NCBI GenBank assembly: GCA_038885755.1
Contig: JAVZZH010000005.1
Span: forward strand, 1-38,387
Direction: 5' to 3'
DNA length: 38,387 bases
Source of the DNA: Candidatus Caldarchaeum sp.
Lineage (GTDB): Archaea > Thermoproteota > Nitrososphaeria_A > Caldarchaeales > Caldarchaeaceae
Position 1 is the stretch's first letter, and each line of letters opens with the position of its first letter. Position numbers and translations under genes: made by a program. This document shows positions 37,461-38,387 of the stretch, in pieces. A model generated the notes under the pieces. The model made no database searches. It was given only the letters and a program-made list of their open reading frames with translations, and was not told the origin of the DNA.

Positions 37461-38084
37461 TCAGACAGCCTCCGCCAAAACCAGACGCTGTCCCAGCGCC
37501 CTCTTCAAAGCTTTTGCGATGGAGAAGCAGAGAGGAACTAGGATGAGCGCTGCTAGGGCGTTGAAAACCGTAGTGAAGCCCGTTATAAGCGTTGCGACGG
37601 CGAGGTCGGAGTCGACCACGTAGCCGGCTGTGGACAGGATCCTCTCTCCGAAAGGCAGGTAGACGGTGGGGAAGAGCAGGTAGTAGAGGGCGAAGGTTAT
37701 CGGAGCCATGACTCCAGCCCTAGTCAAAACCGCCATGGCTGTTGCGGACGCCGTCCGGGCTTTCCCAAACCTCTCGGAGACTCTCGCGCCGAAGTAGACG
37801 CCGAGGAAAGTGGCCAGCACTGCGGTCAGCTTCATGAGCTGCGGGATGGGCGGAGGCGCGAACACTCCTTGGGCGGTTATCACTAGCCCGTACCAGTGGG
37901 CGAGGGCTGTCATGAGACCGTACTTCCATCCGAAGATGATGAACGACAGCAGGTCCGGTATCTCGGCTAGGTCGAAGCGCAGGAACGGCAGAAGCGGGAA
38001 AGGTATGCTGGCCGGCGCCAGCCCCATCACGTAGGCCAAGGCCGCGAAAGACGATGCTCCCGCTAGCTTTTTCACCTTATTCAT
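37461..38084 (-). CDS. ECF transporter S component
   Basis: PFLRFDLAEIP..L.F..FG..YG motif; about 6 TM helices; late FN motif. Confidence 0.75.
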   Translation of the reverse strand: MNKVKKLAGASSFAALAYVMGLAPASIPFPLLPFLRFDLAEIPDLLSFIIFGWKYGLMTALAHWYGLVITAQGVFAPPPIPQLMKLTAVLATFLGVYFGARVSERFGKARTASATAMAVLTRAGVMAPITFALYYLLFPTVYLPFGERILSTAGYVVDSDLAVATLITGFTTVFNALAALILVPLCFSIAKALKRALGQRLVLAEAV

Positions 38085-38119
38085 ATGGATGAGTTGTTTA
38101 CCGCTATAATATAAGCATG

Positions 38120-38144
38120 ATTTTCAGTGAAAATAAGTTAACTT
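38120..38144. promoter_or_regulatory. Two adjacent palindromes upstream of the ECF-S promoter
   Basis: ATTTTCA-G-TGAAAAT (38120-38134) and AAGTTAACTT (38135-38144), just upstream of a minus-strand TATA at about 38108-38114. Confidence 0.4.
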
Positions 38145-38154
38145 TTTGGTAAAA

Positions 38155-38387
38155 CTATTTCTTCACCACTATTTCTCTTCCCAGAGAAACAGCCCTATCG
38201 AAGACGGCGGGAAACCTCGGAGCAACAACCCTCGAACGCCCCACCTCGTAGATGGTGACAAGCCCCGCTTTCTCGAGCGTCTTGACGTGTTTGTATGCTA
38301 GGGCATACCTTGTCTTGGTAAGCTTGGCTACAGCCTTGATGTGGAGCGGGCGGTCGCTCGTCGAGACGACTTTCAGCATCTTGAGCC
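38155..38387 (-). CDS. Winged-helix (ArsR-like) regulator, probably 5'-truncated by the window end
   Basis: LHIKAVAKLT..Y..AYKHVKTLEKAGLV....GR; the frame is open to the window edge. Confidence 0.7.
   Translation of the reverse strand, partial: LKMLKVVSTSDRPLHIKAVAKLTKTRYALAYKHVKTLEKAGLVTIYEVGRSRVVAPRFPAVFDRAVSLGREIVVKK

Noticed and set aside
1-38387. tRNA, rRNA, CRISPR array, IS elements, inteins
   Set aside because: No T-loop/cloverleaf, spaced repeats or transposase motifs were seen by eye, and radA, smc and proS have normal lengths

Overview
Archaeal chromosomal window, mostly housekeeping genes. Smc-ScpAB together with rps30e, a WH-FeS TFE-beta, TATA-type promoters and many TTG/GTG starts suggest a TACK archaeon, probably Caldarchaeales ('Aigarchaeota'); this assignment is inference. 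Order: uppS, an M24-fold protein, smc-scpA-scpB, rps8e-srp19-gar1-tfb, a polyprenol kinase-like gene, tfeB-rlmE, nop5-fibrillarin-rnhB-NTPase-trm1, and rps30e. Next comes a partly decayed, AT-rich glycosylation island (two GT2, FkbM pseudogene) beside ugd-galU, then a DUF1404-like gene, an orphan atpD with a mini-ORF, a bestrophin-like gene, proS, leuA-ilvB-ilvN-ilvC, a lysine methyltransferase, leuD, an LLM oxidoreductase, pyk, a hemerythrin/NnrS-like pair, radA, an ECF S component and a partial wHTH regulator. I found no tRNA, rRNA, CRISPR array or intact mobile element by eye. Best leads: (1) a candidate leader-peptide/anti-SD translational attenuator upstream of leuA; (2) recurrent CUG initiation (tfb, scpA, scpB, atpD, mini-ORF); (3) an M24 pseudo-peptidase with all metal ligands lost, divergent from the condensin operon and reminiscent of the Spt16 N-domain; (4) an Smc with a shortened hinge lacking the glycine motif. 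All calls come from motif recognition only; no searches were run.
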